The notes under the pieces are model-generated. The model made no database searches. It was not told the origin of the DNA and saw only the letters and a list, made by a program, of their open reading frames with translations. The position numbers and the translations under genes are program-made. This document shows positions 1-8,048 of a stretch of DNA of 27,227 nucleotides, in pieces; position 1 is the first letter of the stretch, and every line of letters begins with the position of its first letter. Location of the stretch: the IMG/VR virus record IMGVR_UViG_3300042366_000883, positions 1 through 27,227 of that record; one strand, 5' to 3'. Source of the stretch: a virus (Duplodnaviria > Caudoviricetes).

Positions 1-247
1 CTAAGGTATCAACTGTGGGGTAGGTCATGTTGGGATGCTCATTAAATTGACGAATAATATCAATAAAGTTTTCAACATCCACATCATTGAACTCATTTTC
101 AGGTATCCCAAGGTATTCAAATATCTTCAGGTGCCTTTCAATCGGGTCAAGTGTTGTATCACTATTAAAATCAGTTAGCTTTTCGAATTGCTCAACTGTG
201 AGCTCAGTAATTAGGTTAGGGATTTCCCTGTCAAGTATTTTAATCAT
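1..247 (-). CDS. Partial hypothetical protein running off the left edge, possibly tail assembly chaperone-like
   Basis: Manual translation from ATG at 247 on the minus strand gives MIKILDREIPNLITELTVEQFEKLTDFNSDTTLDPIERHLKIFEYLGIPENEFNDVDVENFIDIIRQFNEHPNMTYPTVDTL with no stop. Not in the supplied ORF track. A TATATTTG element lies upstream on the minus strand. The function is a guess from the IPxxxxElTveQF motif. Confidence 0.65.
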   Translation of the reverse strand, partial: MIKILDREIPNLITELTVEQFEKLTDFNSDTTLDPIERHLKIFEYLGIPENEFNDVDVENFIDIIRQFNEHPNMTYPTVDTL

Positions 248-259
248 ATGCAAATTTTG

Positions 260-288
260 AACAAATATAGAAAAAAAACAATATAAGC
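260..288 (+). promoter_or_regulatory. Putative phage late promoter, copy 1
   Basis: AACA(260-263)-N14-ACAATATAAGC directly before GTG 289; same motif at four other late genes. Confidence 0.7.
262..269 (-). promoter_or_regulatory. Bacteroidota housekeeping -7 element (TAnnTTTG) for the leftward ORF
   Basis: Minus strand reads TATATTTG, 14 nt upstream of ATG 247; no clear -33 TTG. Confidence 0.45.
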
Positions 289-1239
289 GTGACCGAGTTA
301 CCAATTTACACCATTACCATTGACCCTGAGTATGCAGAGGGTGATGAGGATTTAGGAATTGAGGCTATTGCCTTCACATCTAAGCCTGCCATTAAAGTAA
401 AAGGGATGGCCTTCAATCAACAGACTAAAGCATTGGCTTTCAAAGATGGATTGAAGTACCGTATCACTGCACCTGCCATGATACCTATGGAGATCTATCG
501 CAGAGATGATGAGACAGATGAGGAGTACATGGTAAAATTCACGGTTGAGGAGATAGATGCCATGCATTCTAAGTTCATGCAGCAGTTAGTTAACTCTGCT
601 AAGTTCAACCTTGAGCACAACGAAGAGAAAAAAGTACCTGCCTACATTCTGGAGGCATGGTTAGTAGATAAGCCCGAGCTTGACAAAGCATATACTACCT
701 ATGGCATTGAGGTGCCTGCAGGTACGTTGATGCTAACAGCTCAGATAACTGATATTGAATACTACAATAAACTGGTTGAAGAGGACCAGGTTGGTTTCTC
801 TATTGAGGGCTTCATGGGAATGAAACTAAAATCTAAATATAATATGCAATTACCTGATGGAGAGCACCTCATTGAGGGCAAAATCTACGTGGTCAAGGAT
901 GGCCAAGTAGTCGAAATTAAAGAAGAGGAAAAAGTCGAAGAGACAATGCCGGAGGAAGAAGTAGCAATGGCTGAGACAGTAGTTGAGGAGGAGGAAGTAA
1001 AAGAGGAAGAGACTATGGCCGTTGATCCTGCCATGGATGCTGAGGCTATCCTTGCAATCGTTCAGCCTATGATCGCTGAGCAAATCAATTCAGTGTTAGC
1101 TATAGTAGCTGAGCTCAAAAGTCAATTAGAGGAGGCTCTTGGAGCTGAGACTGAGGTGGAAGAGGAGACTGTTGCCATTGATGCTAAGACTATGCTCGCT
1201 GAAAATCTAAGAAAGTTTAACCAATTTAATTCTAAATAA
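289..1239 (+). CDS. Prohead protease (XkdF-like serine protease) with acidic C-terminal scaffold region
   Basis: Motifs APAMIP..IYR, FNLEH, YILEAWLV, GTLM, GFSIEG; Glu-rich C-terminus; immediately upstream of the major capsid gene. Confidence 0.8.
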   Translation: MTELPIYTITIDPEYAEGDEDLGIEAIAFTSKPAIKVKGMAFNQQTKALAFKDGLKYRITAPAMIPMEIYRRDDETDEEYMVKFTVEEIDAMHSKFMQQLVNSAKFNLEHNEEKKVPAYILEAWLVDKPELDKAYTTYGIEVPAGTLMLTAQITDIEYYNKLVEEDQVGFSIEGFMGMKLKSKYNMQLPDGEHLIEGKIYVVKDGQVVEIKEEEKVEETMPEEEVAMAETVVEEEEVKEEETMAVDPAMDAEAILAIVQPMIAEQINSVLAIVAELKSQLEEALGAETEVEEETVAIDAKTMLAENLRKFNQFNSK

Positions 1240-1240
1240 A

Positions 1241-2173
1241 ATGCGTAAATTAAAATTCGACTTACAAGTCGACCCAACAGCTTTATTGGCTGCAAACCCA
1301 GAGGCATTCTACTCCGCTGCCTACTTAACGTCGGATGTACCTAACAACTTCCGCACTTTGCCTGGTGTTAAATACCAGACTAAACTTGGTACTGTTGTTT
1401 TCGGTAATGTTTTACAATCATCTACCTGTGCATGGCCAACTCCAGGCTCAACTGATGACTTGAGTGCAGTATTAATCGATGTTTGTGCTGTATCTGCTAT
1501 GGCTCAGATCTGTCAGTTCGACCTTGAGCAGTCATTCGTATCCTTGCAAATGACTAAAGGATCTAACAGTGATTTCTCTGTTGCATCTTTCATGAACTTC
1601 TACTGGGAGACTATGGCTAAGACTGTAGCTCAAGACATCGAAAGCATCCGTTGGCAGGGTGATACAACTTCATTGAACCCTACACTTGCATTGTGTGATG
1701 GTTATGAGAAAAAGTTGACTGCTGCTGTAGGACCTGGTGGGGTGATTAACGGTGGTACTGGTGCTATCACTAACTTCACAGCTCTTGAAGCTGCTATCTC
1801 TGCTGCATTCGCTTTATTACCTGCATCTGTATCTTCTAAAACTGAAGACCTACGCATCTACCTTCCTACTCAATTGGTTAACATCTACCGATTAGGAGTT
1901 GCATCAGGTAACACGAATGCATACATCACACAGGATTTGTCTTTGACTTACTTAGGTATCAAAATCGTTCAGTGTCAAGGGATGTCTAACAACACCTTCG
2001 TTATCACTTTGAAGGATAATCTTATCTATGCATTCGATGCTGAAGGAGATAGCTCTGATTTGCGTGCGGTTAACCTACGAGATACTGTTGCTGAGCCTTA
2101 CATCCGTACACGTGCGGATATGAAGATCGGCTTCCACTTCGTGAACCCTACTGAGATCGTTTTCTATTCTTAA
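1241..2173 (+). CDS. Major capsid protein
   Basis: 310 aa, follows protease/scaffold; strongly biased codon use; IRWQGD...LCDGY motif of Bacteroidota phage capsids; followed by a terminator hairpin. Confidence 0.85.
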   Translation: MRKLKFDLQVDPTALLAANPEAFYSAAYLTSDVPNNFRTLPGVKYQTKLGTVVFGNVLQSSTCAWPTPGSTDDLSAVLIDVCAVSAMAQICQFDLEQSFVSLQMTKGSNSDFSVASFMNFYWETMAKTVAQDIESIRWQGDTTSLNPTLALCDGYEKKLTAAVGPGGVINGGTGAITNFTALEAAISAAFALLPASVSSKTEDLRIYLPTQLVNIYRLGVASGNTNAYITQDLSLTYLGIKIVQCQGMSNNTFVITLKDNLIYAFDAEGDSSDLRAVNLRDTVAEPYIRTRADMKIGFHFVNPTEIVFYS

Positions 2174-2183
2174 TAATAATCTT

Positions 2184-2208
2184 GAGCCCTCTGAAAAGGG
2201 GGCTCTTT
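2184..2208 (+). terminator. Intrinsic terminator after the capsid gene, probably leaky
   Basis: GAGCCCTCT-GAAA-AGGGGGCTC stem-loop followed by only TTT. Confidence 0.7.
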
Positions 2209-2222
2209 AATACACTTTAATC

Positions 2223-2765
2223 ATGCCAAATGTTTGCCAAGCTTTAGAAGCGGTTGCCAAGAGCTGTGAGAATAACTCAGGCGGCTTGCATGGGATAGCC
2301 TTAATCCCACAGGATGATGTAGTGAGTGTGACAGTTAACACCACTAACCCTGGTGATTGGGAGGTTACGGCTTTCTCTTTGACTCCTACTATCACTTTCA
2401 CTGACTACTACATCCGTAGAAATACATCTAACTACACCGAGGAGCTTGCTTCCGACCTTGTTAACGGTAGTTCATTCGTTACTCAGACTATTAACTTAAT
2501 GTTCCACAGAAGAGAGATGGCTACATCACGAGCTATCAAAATCTTGGGATCAGGACAGCAGTACCTATCTGCCATCGTAAAAGATGCTAACGGTAAGTAT
2601 TGGTACTTCCCTTATATGCAGTTATCTGCTTCAGGTGAAGGTTCCGGCCAGGCCAGGGCTGATGGTAGTAAATATTCCGTTACACTGGTTGCGGAGAATG
2701 AATTCCTTGCATACGAGGTAACCATGACTCCTGCTGCTCTTCAAGTTATCGGGGTTAACTTCTAA
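2223..2765 (+). CDS. Major tail (tube) protein
   Basis: 180 aa; SC.NNSGGL N-terminus, AIVKDANGKYW and G.ARADGSKYSVTL motifs typical of Bacteroidota siphophage tail tube proteins. Confidence 0.7.
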   Translation: MPNVCQALEAVAKSCENNSGGLHGIALIPQDDVVSVTVNTTNPGDWEVTAFSLTPTITFTDYYIRRNTSNYTEELASDLVNGSSFVTQTINLMFHRREMATSRAIKILGSGQQYLSAIVKDANGKYWYFPYMQLSASGEGSGQARADGSKYSVTLVAENEFLAYEVTMTPAALQVIGVNF

Positions 2766-2770
2766 TTTTG

Positions 2771-2803
2771 AACATTCTACGGTAGGTCTGACAATATACT
2801 TAG
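2771..2803 (+). promoter_or_regulatory. Putative phage late promoter, copy 2
   Basis: TTTTG-AACA(2771-2774)-N16-ACAATATACTTAG then ATG 2804. Confidence 0.6.
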
Positions 2804-3157
2804 ATGATCTACATTGCTCAAAATTCAAGTAACAAAATAGTCCTTACACTTACAGAGGTAACAACGGTTTCCAACCCGAGTTACCTCTTTGTGTTTACAA
2901 ACGAATTTAATACAAACAATAGCACGCAGATCTTATTCACTGCTGCAGATACATCCTCGTATCCTGAGCGGTACAATTTATTCAATTTAGTAGAGCCCAC
3001 TGACCTCAGCCTTGTTATAGGCCAATACACCTATCAGATATATGAGAAGAGTGGACCATTCACCACACCTTTGAGCATTGCTCAGACCACAGGTGTAGTC
3101 ATTGAGGAGGGTAGAATGGTAGTTAGTGGACCTGCACCTTCATCAGTATACACATAG
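2804..3157 (+). CDS. Hypothetical virion structural protein (beta-rich)
   Basis: 117 aa between tail tube and portal; GQYTYQIYE...VIEEGRM motif. Confidence 0.55.
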   Translation: MIYIAQNSSNKIVLTLTEVTTVSNPSYLFVFTNEFNTNNSTQILFTAADTSSYPERYNLFNLVEPTDLSLVIGQYTYQIYEKSGPFTTPLSIAQTTGVVIEEGRMVVSGPAPSSVYT

Positions 3158-3159
3158 AT

Positions 3160-4494
3160 ATGGCCTGGTACGATATTTTTACAAGAAAACAAGAGCAGGG
3201 TCCTACCGTAGTGGAAGGATACCAGGCTTTTAGCACCCCATTCCTACCTGTTGGTAGAGGTAACTTAACTTTGCCCTACGTCAATGGTAGATGGACAGCA
3301 GGTAACTGGGTTGACTTTGGAGAGGGCAACCTTTATCCGGAGGTGCTCAATCAAATGTACTTCAGTTCACCACTGCACGGTGCTATTGTTGACTTCAAAA
3401 CCAATGCAGTTATCGGTGGTGGCTATGCCTTAGATGCTGAGAAACTAACAGCACAGGAGAAGGTGGACCTTTACACCTGGGAGCGTAAGATAAAACTCAA
3501 GCATACCGTTGAGGCGGTTACTCAGCAATTGATTTTGCACAATAGGATCTATTTTAAGCTGGTATTTAATGAGAAAGGTAAGCTCGTTAAGGTGTACAAT
3601 GTAAGCCCTGAGAAAGTAAGGGTATCACGGTGCAAGAAAAAGTACTATTTAAGCAATGACTGGAGCCAAAGGTTGGATGTTGTAGAGATAAAACCCTACC
3701 ACATGACCTGCAAAGATGAAGTTCAGCTCTATTGCTATGAGGTGCATTCTGTTGGGCAGGACTACTATCCGCTACCTCAGTATACATCGGCTTTGAATTT
3801 TGCATATCTCTCGGGTGAGCTTTCATACTTTGCAAAAAGTAACATTCAAAACAGCATTTTTCCATCCTTTGCTATGATGTTCCCAAAAAGACCACAGTCG
3901 GAGGAGGAGAAGCACATGATTAAAGATACGATTGATAGGTTAAAAGGTGCACAGAACGCAGGTAAAGCGGTTGCATTCTTTGCCAATAGCCAAGATCAGT
4001 TACCAAAAATAGAAGCCCTACCAACCAACGCAAATGATAAGTTATTTCACGAGGCATCTGCCCTCAATACTGAGCAAATTTGTTTTGCTCACACTATCGA
4101 CCCTATTCTTATGGGTGTTAGAACCACAGGCTCCTTGGGTAGTGGCTCGGATATTAAGCAGGCTTATGTGATATTTGAGAAAAATGTAGTCAAGAAAATC
4201 CGTGCACAGGTAGAGACCATCTTCAATGAGCTCCTTGGAATAGCTAAGTTGCCTGCTCACTTCACGATCAATAACTTCCAAATAATCAATGAGACTATTG
4301 TGGAGCTTGAGGGAGAGACTTCTAAGACTAACGATGCATTGAATACCTTGAGTCCATTGGTTGCTACCAAAGTACTTGAGACTATGACCATTAATGAGAT
4401 ACGTGCCCTTGCCTCATTGCCTCCGGTAGAGGGTGGAGATGTTACACAGAATGCTGCTAATGCTGCAGCTGCAGCTCAAACACCTATAGTATAA
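3160..4494 (+). CDS. Portal protein
   Basis: 444 aa; SPLHGAIV, DYYPLP.Y, LKGAQNAGK, AH.IDPILMG and MTINEIRAL motifs. Confidence 0.85.
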   Translation: MAWYDIFTRKQEQGPTVVEGYQAFSTPFLPVGRGNLTLPYVNGRWTAGNWVDFGEGNLYPEVLNQMYFSSPLHGAIVDFKTNAVIGGGYALDAEKLTAQEKVDLYTWERKIKLKHTVEAVTQQLILHNRIYFKLVFNEKGKLVKVYNVSPEKVRVSRCKKKYYLSNDWSQRLDVVEIKPYHMTCKDEVQLYCYEVHSVGQDYYPLPQYTSALNFAYLSGELSYFAKSNIQNSIFPSFAMMFPKRPQSEEEKHMIKDTIDRLKGAQNAGKAVAFFANSQDQLPKIEALPTNANDKLFHEASALNTEQICFAHTIDPILMGVRTTGSLGSGSDIKQAYVIFEKNVVKKIRAQVETIFNELLGIAKLPAHFTINNFQIINETIVELEGETSKTNDALNTLSPLVATKVLETMTINEIRALASLPPVEGGDVTQNAANAAAAAQTPIV

Positions 4495-5060
4495 TGCTTT
4501 ACTTCATAACTGAAAACTACCTCAAGACCAACACACCCATCACAGCCAATGTGGATGTAACGGATGTGACCCCATACATAGCTACTCAGTCAGCTCTAAG
4601 GATACAGCCTATCCTTGGCACTACATTCTACAACCATCTATTGGCTGCATACAATGCTCAGACCTTGACCAATGATGAAATAACACTGGTTGAGTTTATT
4701 CAGCCGGTCATTGCATGGAGGTCTGCAGAAGATGCTGTCTTTGGTTTGAGCTATCAGCTTAAGAACAAAGGACTCCAAACACAGAACGGTGACTACTCAG
4801 CAAGCGTATCCCGTGGTGAGGTAGCATTTGGCATGGAGCACTATGCACAGAAGGCTTCATTCTTTGAGCAGAGGTTGATCAGATGGCTATTGGCTAATAA
4901 AAATCTATTTCCAATTTTCATCTCAGCACTCAATACAGATACTGACCTTCGCCCTATGTTCGCAACGTGCCAGTGTATCACACCTTGGCAGTTGACTTGC
5001 ACAGGGATGTGTGGTAACTTCCGTGAGAATGGGTACAATAACAGCATATTGATACTGTGA
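4494..5060 (+). CDS. Head-tail adaptor/connector protein
   Basis: 188 aa, coupled to the portal stop; FITENYLK..TPI..NVD and IQPILGT.FY motifs. Confidence 0.65.
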   Translation: MLYFITENYLKTNTPITANVDVTDVTPYIATQSALRIQPILGTTFYNHLLAAYNAQTLTNDEITLVEFIQPVIAWRSAEDAVFGLSYQLKNKGLQTQNGDYSASVSRGEVAFGMEHYAQKASFFEQRLIRWLLANKNLFPIFISALNTDTDLRPMFATCQCITPWQLTCTGMCGNFRENGYNNSILIL

Positions 5061-5548
5061 GAATACAGCTATCCATACTACTCACAGCGTTTCAATCTAA
5101 ATGGCCCATTTACCTGAGCATGGTTACTGCATTTTTTACACCCATTTGGGGGCTGATGTTTTTGATAGGGTTCGCAATTGGTATGGATACCGTTACAGGC
5201 ATATGGAAAGCACGTAAGAAAAAGGAAAAAATCAGTTCACGCAGGTTGTCTGCTGTGATATCTAAGATGTTACTCTATGAGGTAACCGTTATATTATTCT
5301 ATCTCATTGATTATTTTATCCTTAATGATATAGTGTTGACATTTTTTTCTGTACCTTTAATGCTGACAAAGATACTTGCATTGATACTGGTATCCATTGA
5401 AGTGGTATCAATCAATGAAAATTATAAGGCAGTAAAGGGCCTTGACCTATGGCAGGCTATGAAGAACCTATTCGCACGAGCTAAGGAAATCAAAAAGGAC
5501 ACCGATGAAATTAGACACAACCAAGATATTACAGGCACGCCTATCTGA
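5057..5548 (+). CDS. Holin (Phage_holin_4-like)
   Basis: Several hydrophobic segments; D.VTGIWKA...ISSRRL and IE..SINEN motifs; directly upstream of the amidase. Confidence 0.8.
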   Translation: MRIQLSILLTAFQSKWPIYLSMVTAFFTPIWGLMFLIGFAIGMDTVTGIWKARKKKEKISSRRLSAVISKMLLYEVTVILFYLIDYFILNDIVLTFFSVPLMLTKILALILVSIEVVSINENYKAVKGLDLWQAMKNLFARAKEIKKDTDEIRHNQDITGTPI

Positions 5549-6152
5549 CAATCAATATTTTCCTGAGGAGTCTAAGAAAACACAGATCTACCTGCACCAT
5601 ACAGCAGGCAACGGTGATGCTGTAGCCGTATCACGATGGTGGCAAAGCAATGCTGAGAGGATAGCTACTGCTTTTGTCATAGGTAACAAGGGTACAATAG
5701 TGCAATGCTTCAGCTCGAAGCACTGGGCCTACCACCTCGGAATAGATAATCAAGACTTCGCACCTCATGGGGTGAGATATCAGAACCTCAACAAGCTAAG
5801 TGTTGGCATTGAGGTGTGTAATTGGGGCCCATTAAAGCAGGTCAATGGAAAGTACATGAATTATGTGAAGGGTATTATTGACCCATCAGAGGTCACTATC
5901 CTGGATAAGCCATTTAAAGGTCATGTACTATGGCATAAATATACGGATGCACAGATCGAAAGCACCCGTCAGTTATTGGTGTACCTGTGCGAAACCTACA
6001 ACATACCCAAGGCATACAGAAAAGAGATATTTGCCATTGATACGGAAGCTTTCAAAGGAACTCCAGGGATCTACACCCACAACAGTGTAAGAAAAGATAA
6101 GAGTGATATCTACCCATGCCCCCGAATGATAGCAATGTTACAAGCATTATGA
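5505..6152 (+). CDS. Endolysin, N-acetylmuramoyl-L-alanine amidase (Amidase_2)
   Basis: IYLHHTAG, WAYHLG, SVGIEVCNWG, YTDAQIES and THNSVRKDKSD Zn-amidase motifs. Confidence 0.9.
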   Translation: MKLDTTKILQARLSDNQYFPEESKKTQIYLHHTAGNGDAVAVSRWWQSNAERIATAFVIGNKGTIVQCFSSKHWAYHLGIDNQDFAPHGVRYQNLNKLSVGIEVCNWGPLKQVNGKYMNYVKGIIDPSEVTILDKPFKGHVLWHKYTDAQIESTRQLLVYLCETYNIPKAYRKEIFAIDTEAFKGTPGIYTHNSVRKDKSDIYPCPRMIAMLQAL

Positions 6153-6583
6153 GATATATCCTACCCTTATTGATACTGATACTATCCTGCTCAGCTCCTA
6201 AGAGAGCTCAATGGCATTATAAGAGAGCCGTAGCTAATGGGCTCAAGGTAGAGCAGGATAGTGATACTATCCAGGTGCTGAAGGTGGATAGCTTCCCTGT
6301 TATTCAGAATGATACCATTGTATATGAGAAGTATATCGCATATCGCGATACGGTAATAAATTTCAAAACTGTTGAGATACCTAAAACAAAATGGCAGACC
6401 AGGGTAGAGATGCGAGAGAGAATAAAGATAGAGAAAATCAAAGGCGATACCATTGTACAGAAAGCCAAGGCAGAGCAGAAAGTCACCTACATTACCAGGT
6501 GGTGGCCGTTTTGGTTAGGCTTAGCCATACCCTTTGTGCTTCGATTGGCATGGTCAGCACTACTCAGTAAACTCAACAGATGA
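6149..6583 (+). CDS. Putative unimolecular spanin (lipoprotein signal plus C-terminal TM helix)
   Basis: Start re-called to ATG 6149 (ATGA overlap with the endolysin stop). MRYILPLLILILSC lipoprotein-type signal; C-terminal WWPFWLGLAIPFVLRLAW TM segment; third gene of the lysis cassette. Confidence 0.6.
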   Translation: MRYILPLLILILSCSAPKRAQWHYKRAVANGLKVEQDSDTIQVLKVDSFPVIQNDTIVYEKYIAYRDTVINFKTVEIPKTKWQTRVEMRERIKIEKIKGDTIVQKAKAEQKVTYITRWWPFWLGLAIPFVLRLAWSALLSKLNR

Positions 6584-7356
6584 GGAAACGTTTATTTTAT
6601 GACATTGAGACCTCCTTCAATGTCGGTATATTCTGGCGGACAGGATATAACCTAACCATCAACCCGGGTGATATCATCCATGAGAGGGCTATTATTTGCA
6701 TCTGCTATAAATGGGAAGGTGAGGATGAAATACATAGCTTAACATGGTCCAAGAGCCAATGCGACAAGGCCATGCTCAAGGAGTTCATTAAAGTAATGGC
6801 TCAAGCCGATGAGATAGTGGCCCACAATGGTGATAAGTTTGACCTCAAATGGGTGCGTACACGAGCCTTATTTCACGGCATTGATGTTATGCCAACAGTT
6901 AAGACCATAGACACCCTTAAATGGGCTAAAAAATACTTTAATTTTAATAGCAACAAGCTTGACTATATAGCCAAACTGCTCAAGGTAGGGGCTAAGATGG
7001 ATACGGGAGGGCTTGATTTGTGGAAGGATATCGTATTTCGTAAAGATCAGGAGGCTATGGATAAGATGGTAGCCTATTGCAAGATGGATGTGAAGGTACT
7101 TGAGGCTGTATTCAATAAGCTCAACAGCTATGCAACCCCTCAACATAACTATGCAGTGCAAAATGGAGGGGAAAAATATGAATGTCCTGAGTGTGGTAGC
7201 ATCAATTACGCATACAATAAAAAGGTAGTTACTGCTGCAGGCACCGTACACCATTGGCTAAAGTGCAAAGAGTGTAAAAAACACAACAAAATAAATCATC
7301 AGGTATTCACTAAGTACCAGGAGTACATCTACAAGCGTAAGAAAAACATCTCTTAA
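6580..7356 (+). CDS. RNase H-like (DnaQ/YprB-type) 3'-5' exonuclease with C-terminal zinc ribbon
   Basis: FYDIET, VAHNGDKFD, SNKLDY and YCKMDV motifs; CPEC...CKEC zinc finger. Confidence 0.85.
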   Translation: MRKRLFYDIETSFNVGIFWRTGYNLTINPGDIIHERAIICICYKWEGEDEIHSLTWSKSQCDKAMLKEFIKVMAQADEIVAHNGDKFDLKWVRTRALFHGIDVMPTVKTIDTLKWAKKYFNFNSNKLDYIAKLLKVGAKMDTGGLDLWKDIVFRKDQEAMDKMVAYCKMDVKVLEAVFNKLNSYATPQHNYAVQNGGEKYECPECGSINYAYNKKVVTAAGTVHHWLKCKECKKHNKINHQVFTKYQEYIYKRKKNIS

Positions 7357-7401
7357 GTTAATAATTTAACCGTTTTTCACCACCTTTAAGTTAATTTCCT
7401 T

Positions 7402-7420
7402 ATTTAGAATCATTCTAAAT
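7402..7420. promoter_or_regulatory. Perfect 9-1-9 palindromic operator, Fur-box-like
   Basis: ATTTAGAAT-C-ATTCTAAAT, 12 nt upstream of the -33 element of the early promoter. Confidence 0.65.
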
Positions 7421-7432
7421 TTTACTAATAAC

Positions 7433-7462
7433 TTGTTAGTAACGTAACTTTTTGTAAATTTG
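7433..7462 (+). promoter_or_regulatory. Host-type early promoter (TTG-N19-TAnnTTTG)
   Basis: TTG 7433-7435 and TAAATTTG 7455-7462 with 19-nt spacer, in an AT-rich intergenic region upstream of ATG 7491. Confidence 0.75.
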
Positions 7463-7490
7463 TCAAGTATTAACATTTAAACATTTAGTT

Positions 7491-7652
7491 ATGACAGAAA
7501 TTATCCTTGAAATGGAGCAGGAGCTCCGAGATGAAATGCAAGAAATGATTGATGCCTTCGGTCCAAGTGATCCAGGCACCGTATATGCAGCCACAAAGTG
7601 GGCTGTGATGGCAGATTTATTAACCCGTTTAAAACTTGAGCCCAATGATTAG
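7491..7652 (+). CDS. Small acidic hypothetical early protein (53 aa)
   Basis: Manual translation MTEIILEMEQELRDEMQEMIDAFGPSDPGTVYAATKWAVMADLLTRLKLEPND; first ORF after the early promoter; below the ORF-track cutoff. Confidence 0.7.
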   Translation: MTEIILEMEQELRDEMQEMIDAFGPSDPGTVYAATKWAVMADLLTRLKLEPND

Positions 7653-7731
7653 AGAATTTTTACTAAGCAGCGTGTTGCTGATTGCTTCCCCATTCGTATT
7701 GTATTACCTTTTAAAACTTGTATTATGTTAG
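7645..7731 (+). CDS. 28-aa single-pass membrane micropeptide
   Basis: MIREFLLSSVLLIASPFVLYYLLKLVLC; overlaps both neighbours and fills the gap between them. Confidence 0.55.
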   Translation: MIREFLLSSVLLIASPFVLYYLLKLVLC

Positions 7732-8048
7732 GAAATTTAAAAGAAGGCATTTTTTATGTTTTTGAGAACGGCAAAGAGGCCGTTGGTGATCATGTCATCA
7801 CATCCGTTGAAATATGTAACGGTGATATCTGTGATGTATACATTGACCTGGATATCAATGGCTATTTAGATGGCACACGGTGTGACTTGACAGATAGAGA
7901 GATTGAAGAGGTGCGTGATGCTGTACGTGATGAGCTACTTAGCAACAGCTATGAGTATGATTTGCATCTGCATTTCTCTGAGGAGCAGGATCGGATGTTG
8001 AAATATGAGCAGGATTTAGATTATTATTTTTATACACGAGAATTATGA
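7725..8048 (+). CDS. Acidic hypothetical early protein
   Basis: 107-aa D/E-rich ORF; ATGA-coupled to the next gene. Confidence 0.6.
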   Translation: MLGNLKEGIFYVFENGKEAVGDHVITSVEICNGDICDVYIDLDINGYLDGTRCDLTDREIEEVRDAVRDELLSNSYEYDLHLHFSEEQDRMLKYEQDLDYYFYTREL

